DNA from: the human T2T-CHM13v2.0 reference genome, Homo sapiens
Assembly: GCF_009914755.1 (NCBI RefSeq)
Contig: NC_060927.1
Length of the DNA stretch: 64,000 nucleotides
Reading direction: 5' to 3' (one strand)
The translations under genes were made by a program, and so were the position numbers. The notes below the pieces were generated by a model. The model was not told the origin of the DNA, did not search any database, and was given only the letters and a program-made list of their open reading frames with translations. Below, one piece after another: positions 42,651-60,296 of this stretch (positions within the stretch are counted from its first letter, which is position 1; each line of letters starts with the position of its first letter).

Positions 42651-42879
42651 CTAAAAAATATAATATATGATTTTCATCTGTCTACCAGTTCTTAATCTCC
42701 TACCAAAGATGGAGTCACAACACAAAATCAGGAGTCAATAGTTACAATGCTTTCTCACTCTGACACAAAATTGTGTAACTTGAAGGAAACGTGGGTTCCC
42801 TTATGCATGCAAATGCCCTATGCGACTACAGAATGTGTTCCCTACACTTCAGAAGCTGTTGATGTTCCACTCAGATCTC

Positions 42880-43289
42880 TGTAGGATCCCTTTTACCAGT
42901 TTGGTGTCCCATTCCTCCCTACAGGTGTTGCTGCCCATCTTCTCCAAAGAATTGCCCTTGAGTGACCAGAGCAACACCCAGAGGTTCTGGGGAGATATAT
43001 CACTAAATTCGGCCCCCACCCAGGGTCCATAGCTAAAGACTGAATGGTGGGAAGGGAAGGTACAAAAGTCTACACTCCTGTCTCAAGGCAGAACTGACCC
43101 TGTAGTATGTTTCATGCTCCCAAGACTCCCCATGTGATCAGGTTAATTTCACCTGAAACCACAACCTTGGTAGCTTCTTCCACTTCCTTATACTAATTCC
43201 CTCACTCCCTTCCTGGTTTCTCCCAAGAGCCCTCTCTTACTAATCACCTGCACACCCATCTCCAGTTCTAGGGAATTCAACCAAAGACC
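42880..43289 (+). mobile_element. LTR16-like ERVL LTR
   Basis: ccaaagaattgcccttg...ctcactcccttcctggtttctcc...taatcacctgcacac...ctagggaattcaaccaaagac. Confidence 0.7.
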
Positions 43290-45247
43290 CTGTAGAAGCA
43301 AACATTACAGAACAGACAGGCATACAAATGGTTTTCCAGTTTTTGCAGGTAATCAATATCTCAGCCATTTTAAAAGGTACTGTCCACAGTGTTTTATAAG
43401 CACAAGTTGGGGATGGAGGGGAATCACATGCCTGTTATGTAATTGTGTGAAAAGAAGTTCCTAAGATCTACAAAGTCACATCATTTGCAGAAGTCACTAA
43501 CTGATTCCTGCTCCAGGGAAGGCTGCAGTTGGCAAGGGCTGCCCTTCTTGGCAGGTGTCAGGCAGGGCTCTGCACTACAATTCTCCCTGCATTGGGAGAA
43601 CAAAAGGAGTCTGGGGCTAGGAAGAAAAAAAAAAATGACAAGCGAAGCATTAAACTACAAACAGCTCTTTGAAGCCTCCCTGATAGAGGTGGTTGTGTTT
43701 GTGCAACAGTTATTGGGTTGAGTCTAATAATGAAAGGACAGATCACCACTTACTCTGTGATGTCAGTAATGAAAGCTATCAAAACTAAGCCTGAGTGGGC
43801 CTGACTGTCACCCTGTAAATCTAACGTGGACAGCTTAATGAGGGAGGGACATTATCTTTTCTCACACTCCAATTTTACTCACATAAGAAATGTGGCCCAC
43901 ATTGGCAATTAACTTGAGAGATTAATTAAATCCAATAACAAGTTCAGTTCCCTCCATAGTGCATTCTGATATCATGTGAAGGCACCAACATGCTATGGGC
44001 ACTTAGCACATGTTAAAAAATAATGGAACTAATTTGGGCTTTTTGTGTGTGTGTCTGTGCGGAAAACTGGCAGCTAACCGCCTCAGTAAATTAATTCCAC
44101 AAACTGATACAGCTACTCGATAGTTCACACAGTCTTATTTCCAAACTCTGCTTTATTATCCTGAAACTCCCAAGAAACATTGCCCAATAATTGTGTTTCT
44201 TCCCTCAGCAATTTTACTCACCAGTAGTATTTAACATATTTTATTGGGCCCTCTGAAGAATAAGGAGGCAGCCATTCAGACAAAACATAAACTCTGCCCC
44301 AGCTTAAGAAGCAATAGACTGGGTCCCATTGTGTCTCTTTCAAAACAACGGCTGACACTGACAAGGAACAGGAAGAGCAGCAGGGGTGCAGGCATGAGCT
44401 TCACTTAGCGTCAGAAGGCCACGTGATATATGTTCTGGTTCTCTTTCTTTTGGGTTCCCTAATTCGTCCTTAGTTCCTGTTTTTGTGTTTTCTTCTCTGA
44501 AACGGTAAAGTGCTTTCCTCCACTACCATATATGAAATTTGATCTTAAGAAATAGGAGTCTTCAAATTTGACCAATTGGCCAAATGGTTATTAAACTGAT
44601 GCCTTAGTGAAAGTCAATGAAATTGTTTTTTAACTGGTTGCTGTAAAATCATATTCCTATAATACAGATCAAATTCATATACTAGAGTTATTATATAGAT
44701 ACTACATAATAATAATGCCTACTCCTGCCCCACTGCTCCCAAATCAACCTACTCAAAGAAGTGCTTCCTAACAATCTCACTACCAAGGACTCCTTTTATT
44801 ATGATTTGAGAATGGAGTACATGTTTGAAAATATTTCATCTATCCAAGATTAACGATTAATTCATTTCCTTTTTGGTATTATTAAGAAAAATACATATCC
44901 TGTCTGATGGAACTTCTAATAAATAAATAATGAAATTACAACATGAAGGTAACCTAATCTTTGACAAAAATGGGAAATATAATATTTGGGTAGCCTTTCA
45001 TAGTTACTGTGGTTACAAATACCCTTTAGGAAATAACGAAAAGAGCTTGAAGGTTTCTTTTCTATTTTGGAGAGAATTCTATGACAAGGTGATATTTTAG
45101 ACCTACCCTAATAGTCACTAGTGCAGAAGATTTACATTAACAATCTTTCATACAGCCAGAAGTTTCATCTACCTAAGTGGCACCTTGAAACTAGAAAGAG
45201 ATGGTAAATAACAACAAGCCTCAATGTTCTAAGAATAATCACATCAC

Positions 45248-45329
45248 CTGAAGCATGGTATCTCTGCGCATATCTTCAATTATTACCAAAAATGTCTATG
45301 CTATAAATATACTTGATGACAAAGCATTC
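45248..45329 (-). pseudogene. Possible fossil exon, 82 nt
   Basis: T-run...caagtgtag|GAATGC ... TTCAG|gtgatg. Confidence 0.3.
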
Positions 45330-45509
45330 CTACACTTGATTACCAAAAAAAAAAAAAGTAAATGGTAAACAACTGATTGAATTTATTGGATCTGGGGTGA
45401 TCTTATACTTGTATCAAACTGTAAATACATTTAACTCAACTGATCCAATATTAGCCCATTAGTCCATATTTTCCACTTAGGGTATTATTGCAGACCTACT
45501 GATAATCAT

Positions 45510-45670
45510 AATGGCTAACAATATTAAGCTCTTACAAAATGCTTTACATGCATTCATTCATTTATGTGACTCAACAATCCCATGTAATAAGTACTATTAC
45601 CATTGTCATTTTACAGATGACAAAACTAATGTTTAGAAAGGTTAAGTAACATGCACAGCCACACAGCATC
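45510..45670 (-). mobile_element. MIR
   Basis: cattttacagatgacaaaactaatgtttagaaaggttaagtaac. Confidence 0.75.
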
Positions 45671-46267
45671 TGGGTTTATCTGCTGCTTGGTAAATCTGGA
45701 CTAAACAACCAACAGGGATCAGGCTTGATATTCTGTTCCACCTGATGGCCAAGGAAGATACTGTGCAAATGCCTGCACATTTGTCCTTAGACTACAAGCT
45801 TTCTTTCAGTCCTGTCAGCATTGACACTGCCAATATTTTAAGAAATGTATTTAAAGTCCCTTCTGATATTTCTTATATCACCAGCTAAACTGCACACAAA
45901 ATAAGTTAATTGGTTCTAAGGTTTACCTAAATATTTCTCATTGTAGCAGAATTGTGGAAGGAGAAGTAGATAATATCAAGAGTTGACTGTTCCATGTTTT
46001 ATAGAAAGTAAGAGTCAGAAAAAATATAACCTAAATAATTCCATTGAACTCTCAGTATATGTAGGAGTAATGGCATAATGATATATTGTTGTTATAATTA
46101 TAGGTAAAAGATAAATTCTTGGAAAATAATTTTAATTCACATTCTCTAACATGAGAAATTTCTCTTCACTTAAGGTAAACTTCGAATGTTTCCTTTCTTT
46201 CCACAAGGTGGAAATCTTGAAGTAATGGGCTACTGAAAAACCAGAGAAATTATATGCACTGACTTAC

Positions 46268-46368
46268 TTATTCATTCTTAATTTTAGATTATAAAAGTTT
46301 TCTTGTGTAGCTTAGAGAATTTTCCAAATCCTTTATAACTGTGGTTGTGGAATTCCACAATGTTGAAC
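46268..46368 (-). pseudogene. Fossil exon, 101 nt
   Basis: atctattcag|GTTCAA ... AATAA|gtaagt. Reading frame ambiguous. Confidence 0.45.
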
Positions 46369-46474
46369 CTGAATAGATTCCTATTTATGACAAGTTACAA
46401 ATTTCATTGTAGAAACGTAGGTGCAAAAGACATAGATTCCAAAGATTTACCACTTTCAGTATCAAATAATTTAC

Positions 46475-46595
46475 CTTTCATTTTTAGCTTGCTCTCACAT
46501 AAAAATTGATCCAAAATGCTGTTTTAGGCAGAAACCAGCCCTCATAAATTCTTGATGAATCCAGATCACCAATATGAATATCAGTTATTGAAATC
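46475..46595 (-). pseudogene. Fossil exon, 121 nt
   Basis: atgttctgag|GATTTC ... GAAAG|gtaaat. Reads ISITDIHIGDLDSSRIYEGWFLPKTAFWINFYVRAS*. Upstream intron is 74 nt. Confidence 0.5.
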
Positions 46596-46669
46596 CTCAG
46601 AACATATATGAAGGGGATTAACACTAATCATCAACACACTAAATGGCCCTAACTTAGGCTGTTACGTAC

Positions 46670-46933
46670 CTTCATTCTTCTGCTTTATACAGTCTATAAC
46701 TGTATAAAGTCTTCCAACTGGAGTTCATGGAATCAGATATTCTTAAAAGAATACATTTCAAGATCCTCAACTTTTTTCCTAAAATTGATATGTCTGAAAA
46801 TGTATCTGCAGTAAGGGTATCATGGGGATGACAATTTCTGTTTAAAGATCTCGCCTTTTCATCTGCAAACAATTGTCAAAGAATACATTGCTCCTGAGAA
46901 AAAAGTCCCATGAGAGCAAAGCAAAATGGGAAT
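46670..46933 (-). pseudogene. Fossil exon, 264 nt
   Basis: gtattttttacag|ATTCCC ... TGAAG|gtacgt. Frames: SHFALLSWDFFLRSN / SLTIVCR*KGEIFKQKL / RKKVEDLEMYSFKNI*FHELQLEDFI / VIDCIKQKNE. Confidence 0.65.
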
Positions 46934-47099
46934 CTGTAAAAAATACAATGGCGATGGTGTCTTATTTCTCTCAGGAGCAGACTCACTGCAAACCTCCTCA
47001 CCATATCAGCCAATCTATTTCAGACTGAGAACTCAGAAGTGAAATGACAGGCATGGGAAGGACCACAAGGAAGTTTAATTGAATGTGAAAACCCAAGTT

Positions 47100-48255
47100 G
47101 AAAGAAAGTAGGCCTGACCTAGCTGATTGATTCAGCAAATAAGTTTTTCAAAATAAACTATAAAGTGGACATTTTTCATAAAGCTAATGAGTTAAATCTG
47201 CAGTTCCAAGGCTTGGAGGAAATACACTACTCAAAGAATGTACTAAGCAAGAGAATCTTGTCCAAAAATTAAAAATCATATTTGCAGAGGTATACTGAAA
47301 TTTGGAATATTTCAGTTTTCCCACCTCTGAGTCTATCAGATTCAATATGGCACCTCTAAGAGAAAGAGGAATAGGTATAATTAATGGGCATTTGAGAAGC
47401 TTTGGTAAGCCTTTGGTGTACTTCCCAGGAAAAAGAGAAATTGAATATCTTGAGTGACTGAGCAACAAATTCTTTTTCAAGGTTTTTCTCTCAATAAAAT
47501 TGAAGTAGAACTAATTGAGTTGTCAGAGGATGAATCATAAAAAAAAATTTGATGAGAAATTACTATATGATTTTTGGCATAAAACTGGCAAGAAGTTTTA
47601 AAAAATTCAATGACATAAAAATACCTCCAATCTCATCTGCTTATGTATGTGAGAAAGATTTCTCAATGCTTATATCTAGAAAACTGAAAAATTGGGATTG
47701 TGCTAAATCCTGTTTTGTTTTGAAACAAATAATATTTGACTTGATATAGGAATGAATTAAAAAATCAAAAAAAGCCCTGACAATCTCATTATTAGGTGAG
47801 GTTTCAATAATTTTAACTTTTATATTTAATAATTGTTAATATATAAAAAATATAAGAAATACATATTTTTTGTTTTGATCAATCTTGTGCTAATAATAGT
47901 GATAAAAGCTCAATCCAGATGTAATTTTTGAAATGTAGAGGATTATAAATTCAAAATTTTTTTAAAAAATTTAATGTTCTGAGACTATATGATGATGCAT
48001 AAAATATTTCAAGCATATTACATTGATAAAATTCTGTGAGACAAATGAATGAAATATGACTTATAGAGAAAGGAATGGTGCACAATTTTCAATGAATAAA
48101 GAATTTGTTTTTATATTGTTAAATTGACAATAGTGAGACTCAACTCATTATAGTATTTAGATTCCAAACGGATATACTTAAAAAATATTTAACAATTTTT
48201 AAATGTCAATAATAAGCCAGAAATTATATTCTTTGCAACTCTTTAAACTTATAAC
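47100..48255 (+). mobile_element. hAT-Charlie DNA transposon relic (transposase C-terminus plus 3' flank)
   Basis: Translates to YKVDIFHKANELNLQFQG, ELIELSED, LYDFWHK and PPISSAYVCEKDFSMLISRK, matching hAT YLxDIFxxLNxLNxxLQG and STYxCExxFS motifs. Confidence 0.8.
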
Positions 48256-48610
48256 AAATTGGAAGCCTATAGTTTTTCCAGAAGTCTTTCAAGGTTCAGG
48301 GAGCAAAAAAAGAAAGAAGAAAAAAAGGAGCTTTCTGCTTTGTTTCTCCTGCCTTGTTATTATTTCTGGAATTAGAAGATATGCTTTCCTGGCCCCACTT
48401 TCAGATTTGCTCTTTGATCCACTCTCCCCTTAGAAATTGGATTTCTGAATAGCTAAGGTCTCCAGATCACTGAATTGTGGATATGATAAACTTTCCAAAC
48501 AAATATGATTCTAATTATTTGCTTTACCCTAAGACTCATTACAGCGTTCTTTCAAATAACAATCTTCTCCAGTGCTTTTGAAATATGGTTCTATAATTAT
48601 AAAAATTCAC

Positions 48611-48730
48611 CTTGCATTCTATTTACAGGCTTTTCATTTTATTTAGGTCCAAAATACAAATGCATTGCTTTGATTCTGTAGCAGATTTTTGAGAGTAATC
48701 CCTTTTTAAGTGTCTTTACAAATATGTTAT
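48611..48730 (-). pseudogene. Fossil exon, 120 nt
   Basis: Long pyrimidine tract ...ttttttgccttgttggactag|ATAACA ... GCAAG|gtgaat. Reads SKQCICILDLNKMKSL*. Confidence 0.6.
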
Positions 48731-49638
48731 CTAGTCCAACAAGGCAAAAAAGGAAAATAGAAAAGAAGGGAGAGAGAAAAAAGAGGAGGTGATGAAATGC
48801 CATCATGATATCAGAGAAGGAGGTGGATAATTTAAAGCAGCAAGGCCCTTTCAAATAGAAGATGGCTAAATTTTATCACTAATTCACAATAGGATTAGAA
48901 CATGAATTAAATTTCATTTGAAAACAAAGATACCTATTGCTTTATATAGTCCCTGCCTCAACAGCAATACCAGCCTGATTTCTTTCACAGTTTTCTTTCT
49001 GAGACAAGAAATACCCTAATAAAACAAAGGGAAAAATATATTTCCCAGTGTCTAATGATCTTTATAAGTCCTTTGACCTTTCCATGGACCTCAGTTTTCT
49101 TATCTGTAAAATAAGAAAGTTGATTTAAACCAGTTATTTGAGGAGGGGCAAGAGACGGGGCAAGGAGGGCAGATGAGAAGAATCACAGGAAGGGATGAAT
49201 TTTTCGACAGAATACCCACACTCTGCATGACTTTCCAGATTCCTACTCAAGCTGCACCACTATCCCTATGGATGCTGAGAACTCCAGCTGTGGGAATTTG
49301 TGTTCTCTCCTTGGAAGAGGACAAATGGCCGGAAACACCATGCATAACTTTAAAGATCCCTTCCAGCAATGAGATACCATGATTCTTCGGCTATGACTAG
49401 AAAACATATTGTTACTCATGTATTTCTTCTCTCCTTTCCTTTGTCTCTGGCAAGCATCACTATTTGCTCCTTGCTGCCTAGAACAGTATGAGGTATATAT
49501 GCCTGGGGTGTGAAAGGAGAGATGGAGGGAGGGACATATTTACAGCAGCTATGATGCTCAAGAGCTATATTAATCTGTAGCTCTGTATTTTCATGACTTC
49601 ACAACTCCCTAAGCTTAAAAATATATATACGTACATCC

Positions 49639-50329
<691 letters not shown>

Positions 50330-51618
50330 CTTGATGTCAGTTAGGGCAGACAACCCCAGGTAGAGAAAGACTACTCGGGAAAAAAAATTAAGAAAACCTT
50401 CTGCAGATTCGAAGGGGGATTTTTTTTTATCCCTCTGACCAGCCTCTCTGTATGTAACTTTCAGTGGTTCTTGCCTTCAAGAGGTTTTCCCACCACAGTG
50501 AGGGGCTGAGGGAGATGTTTGTGTCCCTGGATCTAGTGACTTGTTTTCATGGCTCTGAAGCCCACAGTCACTCCCATTTAGAAAATATTCTATATCCTTT
50601 TGGATTACGCTTGATCTCTTTTTATCTAATTAATTACATCTCAGGAACCAAGAAGTAATTACATTAAGAACTTGGAGGCATGCCTTCAGGAATGTCACTA
50701 TGGCTTTCTGTTTGTTTGTTTTAAAGCAAATCAGCACTCTGGAACTTGGTTCAGATTAGCAATTTTATGCATTCAGCTGGATACAATGCAACTCCTGGTT
50801 ATTAGAATAAGAAATAAGGTGAAGAACATGAAGGAATGTGGTTCAATCTCTCTCTCTCTTTCCCTTCCTTTCTATTCCACTTTAGTATAGCAATTACAGG
50901 CCTCTGAGTTTGGGTTTAGCATCGTGATGGTAGGCAGGTATTTACTTTTTTACTTGAGGGTCAAGTGGGATGAAAAGCAAGGAAAAAAAGCCAGGACAGT
51001 CCAAGGACTGGCACATGTCAAAGCACAGAGGAACAATACAGATCTTCAGAGGAACTTTTTTTCTTTTACTTCCTTTTTAAAAAACTTTGTCAGTGTAGTA
51101 AGTGGTGAAGACTATTTGCTAAAGTGTTCAACAACATAACTGCTCTGAGATTTCTCCTTCACTAGGCTACTCTCTTAGGCCTCTGTGAACATCTGTGCCA
51201 TGTGTACAGGCCACTTCCTAACAGGCCCAAAGAGGATGTGTTTTCATAAAAGTTGTAAACACATTTAAGAAATTATCTGAAGCTCATAAGCCACCTGATT
51301 TCCTAGGCAAGGCCTCTCATCACATTAACCATATTTTACGTAATGAGCAGATGGGCAGAATAAAACCAGAGGGAGGAGAAGTGGAGGAAAAGGACAGTAA
51401 TGAGTGATGAAATGGAAATCACGTGATTAATGGAACATAGATTTTAAAAAGTAATGAAGAGTTTATCCCTAGGGTAGAAAACAGGGAACAACAAAAATAA
51501 GTACCACGTTGTCAAAACAGTAAAATAAGAGAGTAGAACAAAGAAACAGAGCAAGACAAAGAAATGCTGGTTTTAGGATAGGCCTTATTTTAAAGACACA
51601 GGGGATTTTGGAACTTAC

Positions 51619-51991
51619 CATTTTGCAGCTATTTGTTTAAACAAAAATAAATTTATGTTGCCTGGTGTCCTAAAAGTTACTTATGACAACGGTCATTAAT
51701 AGATAAGAGCCTGCAGCTATCCGGGTACACCAACACCAGCCTTTGTGTTTGTTCAACATTTCTTTCTGTGGGAAATGTAATTTGTAGCATAAGAGTTCAC
51801 AAGAACCCTCAGCTCCATGGCTCCATCACTAATGAAACAAGTCCTGGATTTTCATAGCAACCATCAAGCATAAATTTGGCTCCCCAGAGCATGTGAACTT
51901 TATGTGTGAATTACTTATGTGTGTGCACAAACTAAAGGCAAATTCATGTGAAGCATACAGGCAATTTACAAACACTATCTGTTCTGAAAGT
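51619..51991 (-). pseudogene. Fossil exon, 373 nt (GT-like module, N-terminal half)
   Basis: ttcctgttactgtgcag|ACTTTC ... AAATG|gtaagt (consensus donor). Frames: LSEQIVFVNCLYASHEFAFSL..EPNLCLMVAM / FISDGAMELRVLVNSYATNYISHRKKC*TN / RLVLVYPD / LFLFKQIAAK. Confidence 0.65.
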
Positions 51992-52148
51992 CTGCACAGT
52001 AACAGGAACACAGACAGAAATAACAAAATGGGTGTATATGTCCAGGTTTCTCCACAAAAGATGACCTGTATACTTGCAAGGGCAAAATATCACAAAAACA
52101 ACCCTAATGCAAGAGTAGTAATGAGAGCAACTAAAAATAAAATACAGA

Positions 52149-52450
52149 GGCTGGGCCTGGTGGCTCACACCTGTAATCCCAGCACTTTGGGAGGCCGAGG
52201 TGAGCAGATCGCCTGAGGTCAGGAGTTCAAGACCAGCCTGGCCAAAATGGTGAAACACCGTCTCTAACAAAAACACACAAAAAATTAGCAAGGTATGCTG
52301 GCAGGTGCCTGTAATCCCAGCTACTTGGGAAGCTAAAGCAGGAGAATCACTTGAACCTAAGAAGTGGAGGTGCAGCAAGCTGAGATTGCGCCACTGCACT
52401 CCAGCCTGGGCGACAAGAGTGGAACTTCGTCTCAAAATAAACAAATAATA
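52149..52450 (+). mobile_element. AluS
   Basis: Full-length Alu; TSD aaataaaata(c/g)a. Confidence 0.95.
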
Positions 52451-52741
52451 GAAATAAAATAGAAGATAATGACTGTGTGTGTGCACTTTCATTATTTTGA
52501 ATGTTAGTGCTCAAAGGAAAGCAAATTTAGTTAGAAAACAAGCTGATAGAAAAACAGTTTCAGAGATTCTTAAGAGAACTTCAGGACACATTTAAGAACC
52601 ATGAAGGCTGGTAACACAAGTTTTGAAAAAATTAGGCCTTGTTTCAGGACAATTTTGTTTTTCCCATTTCTAGGAATCCGATGTATCATTCACACAATTT
52701 GTATTCCCATTAGCCTTGATTAGGGACATATCTGTGCTCAC

Positions 52742-52816
52742 ATTAGACTCCCTGAATACAGGGACCAAAATTCATTCAATGTTGCCACTTGGGTGTCTAA
52801 TATGCTGCAAAAATCT
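52742..52816 (-). pseudogene. Fossil exon, 75 nt, phase 2-2, still open
   Basis: atatctttcctag|AGATTT ... CTAAT|gtgagc. Reads DFCSILDTQVATLNEFWSLYSGSL and joins the 51991 exon in frame. Confidence 0.65.
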
Positions 52817-53169
52817 CTAGGAAAGATATAAATGAACAAATAAATGATATGCTGAGATAACATTGTGAAGAATTTGGCAATGAGGAGGGGCATTATCTTC
52901 TTCCATAAAGACATTGATTTATTCTTTAATATCACTCAGAATCACAAGAAATAATCAGCTGATACAGAAATGGAACAGCTGTCTCACACAGAAGTGGCTA
53001 AAGAGAAAAAATTTCCACAAAATACTGGAAAAGATGGTAACAAATCAAATTTCAAAGTTGGGCAGCCCTACCAAAAAGAGAAAAAGAAGATACGAGAGGA
53101 GTCAATAGTGACAGCACTACTGAAATTCAAAAATAGGACTTGAGGTCTAAGACAAACTGATAAAAATTA

Positions 53170-53390
53170 AAATAATGGCAATTACTCATTGAACATTTAC
53201 TATGTGCCAGGTACTATATATGCATGATCTAATTTAATCTTTATAATAATCCATTTAGGTAAGTACTTCTATCATCCTTATTATACAGATAGTCAAACAC
53301 GATGATAAAAAGTAAGTAACTTTCTCAAAGTCACCCACCTAGTAAGTGATGGAACCAGTACTTTAAAACATGTCTGTCTGACTCCTTAAT
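53170..53390 (-). mobile_element. MIR
   Basis: attgaacatttactatgtgccagg...aagtaactttctcaaagtcacccacctagtaagtgatggaacc. Confidence 0.75.
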
Positions 53391-54332
53391 CAATGCAACA
53401 CTAAGATACATGTGACTAATCAAGGAAAAAGAAAGAGTTTTGATTTTTGTTTCTTTTTCCAATTTAGAAAAGATGAAGGAGAATTCTAGAACCTTCACTT
53501 CTGAGCAAATAGCAAACCAACTTGCTGTTGGGAATTTAAGTGTCATGCACATTACCATTTACATTAGTTTGAAAAAGAAGTAAATGTCCAACTTTTAGTT
53601 TCTCTAAACAGTTATTCTAGTTTTCCTAAGTTTGACCCCAAAAGGGATTTGACTGTGAAACAAAACTCTCCGTAGTTCTCAGATATGGTTAGACAGTCAG
53701 ATGCCCACAAGTAACAGCCTGTGCAGAACATCAACACAGTATATCACCCCAGCAAGGAAAGTTCAAAGGAAAGATTTCTAAGGCTACTGAGATAAAATGG
53801 AATAGAATCTTTCCAGTATATTTCTCTTTGCTATCAAACCAAATTAGAAAAGACTAATTTATACTAAATTATAAATCACAGCATTTCTAATTTAATCACT
53901 GTCTGTTTTTTTAATTTTTGTTCTTGTTTTAGTTTTGCATTTCTTTCACCCATGGGATAGATACACATTCTCACTTAAGCCCCTGTTGAAACTATTTCCA
54001 TTGTCCCCTAGATCCTCATTCTACTTTAATGTGTCTATCTTCAGTAAAACACAACTGATAAACCTGAAAGATAATAAACTGGACAGACTAGCACTGAGAT
54101 TCTAAATGAGATAAACCGGCAGTCATCCTGACAGTAATGGAATAAATAAAGCATGAATAATTACATTAAAAGACAATTTCTGATTTAAACTTTGCTTTTC
54201 CTGTTTTTACATAGTAGAAAAAATTAGGCTGTCTGGCCTTCCTTAGGAGAAATCTTTCTTAGAAGGAATGTGTGCTTATTTTTAAATCTATCATAACAAC
54301 TGATATATCAGCAACAATGTACCCATATTTAC

Positions 54333-54533
54333 CTCATATTTATATGTATGTCTTCTCTATTATAAGCAATATGTTATGAAATATATTAGAGATTAGTTCA
54401 AAGAGTTGAGATTGGTTATAAAGAATTATATTAGTCGGGTTTAAAACGTATTTGGAAAGTTCCCAGTATAAAATAGTTTAGTTGTGTTATTTTCCTCTTG
54501 ATGTCTTGAATGTTGCAAGGTACTATTCTATGG
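54333..54533 (-). pseudogene. Fossil exon, 201 nt, phase 2-2
   Basis: cccctaccag|CCATAG ... ATGAG|gtaaat. Reads HRIVPCNIQDIKRKITQL, then shifted LYWELSKYVLNPTNIILYNQSQLFELISNIFHNILLIIEK. Confidence 0.6.
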
Positions 54534-55010
54534 CTGGTAGGGGCATGCAACAGGTGGGAGTAAGGAAGGAAACAGCAAGCCAATAATAAGTTTTGAAAAT
54601 AAGCCCAATCATTAAGTATATGTTGAGTCTCTTCATTACCGTGAATAGGAAGTCTAATAGATTGCCATATGCAGAAACAGAGAAAATGCTGTTTTAGTGG
54701 CACCTAATGAGGTTCCAAAAATGCAGTAACTTGTAGATTCTTTCACATTCATACTCTGTGTAATATAACGCTATATAGCACACTTAGCTCTCTTTATACC
54801 TTGATATTTTAATGCAAACACAGATTCTTTTCTCTATGGCTTTAAACATTACACAGGAACAAGCTCCCATGAACCTCTTTCACATTCCTACTCAGAGCTC
54901 TCTGTGAAAAGCTGTCATTTCTTGTTCTATTCAAGTCAGACTACCTAGTCTCCAGGCACAATGGTAAAAGGAATGTCAAGGTAACATCTTCATTTATTCA
55001 TATGATTTTC

Positions 55011-59155
<4,145 letters not shown>

Positions 59156-60117
59156 TTATTCATACTATTTTCATGTTGGACAGTATTATAAAAGCCAATC
59201 AAATTGGAGAAATAACATAGTATATTTTACAAAATGTAAATTTGTGATGCAAGCAGAAGAGCTTCTGCTACTCATGAGAGTTATATTCTTGTTACCCAAG
59301 AATATAACTTCGCATCTTTTCAAAACAACCTACACAGAGTAACTCTTAAAAATCTGCTAGTGAGGGGGAAAAGGAGGGAGAAAGCAAAGCTTCAAAGGAC
59401 TTTCTAAAGAAATTATAATACTAAGACTTTTATATGACATTCAACCCTGTTTTCCCCCCTTCTCCCCCAACAAAATAACCTAGCCAAACAATAGAGAGGC
59501 AACGTTTAAATACAAACTTTCTTCCACTCAACACTAGAAAACTGGTAAGATTAGGTCTTCAAAGAGGCTGAGCTAAGAATTCTCCTAAGCTTTAAATTTC
59601 CTGCAAAGGCTGAGTTTTATTTCTTAAGGGAAGAGCTTCTGTTTGGCTTTTCTTTTTCTTTTTAAGAAAAAAATTCTATATAATTATAGGTTTATTGTTA
59701 CATTTGTATGTATGAGCAAAGTACAGGCAAAGAAAGAAAAACATTGTCAAGAAGCTGGTTATGACTAAATATATAAAGATGGAATAGTCTAACAATGCCA
59801 GTTGAATAAATACTGTAACAAAACTGTAATTTAAATGAAGCTACCAAAATATTTCAAAAGACAACGCATTTTATGATTTTAAAGTTTATCTTCAAAATGA
59901 AATATGATCATAGCTATTAACAATATGCTGTAAAATAAAATATGCTAAACATTGCTTCTGTTAGTAACCACTAGTTTCTCAGGAAACATTCTTTATAGAG
60001 CAACTCTGATTAATGTACAAGTGACAGCTTTTTTTTTTCTGAGCACTAACCTTACAGTATACCATTGTTTTCAAGACAGTGTTTATAAAAGCTGTAAAGA
60101 TACGTTTTAGACATTAC

Positions 60118-60296
60118 CTTGTCTATATCTATGAACTGTCAGCAAAAAATATCCCTTTTTCACCTTCTCTCCACTCTCCATTTCCAGTTAGACATTGTGT
60201 TTTCATCCCTATATAGCTTGCCTACCTTAAACAGAAAAATGACCAACATATTCTTATGTGCAAAATCTGAAAACATTTCTTTCAGAATAATATGAC
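60118..60296 (-). pseudogene. Fossil exon, 179 nt
   Basis: gtctaacag|GTCATA ... ACAAG|gtaatg. Reads HIILKEMFSDFAHKNMLVIFLFKVGKLYRDENTMSN, then after one frameshift MESGEKVKKGYFLLTVHRYRQ. Confidence 0.65.
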
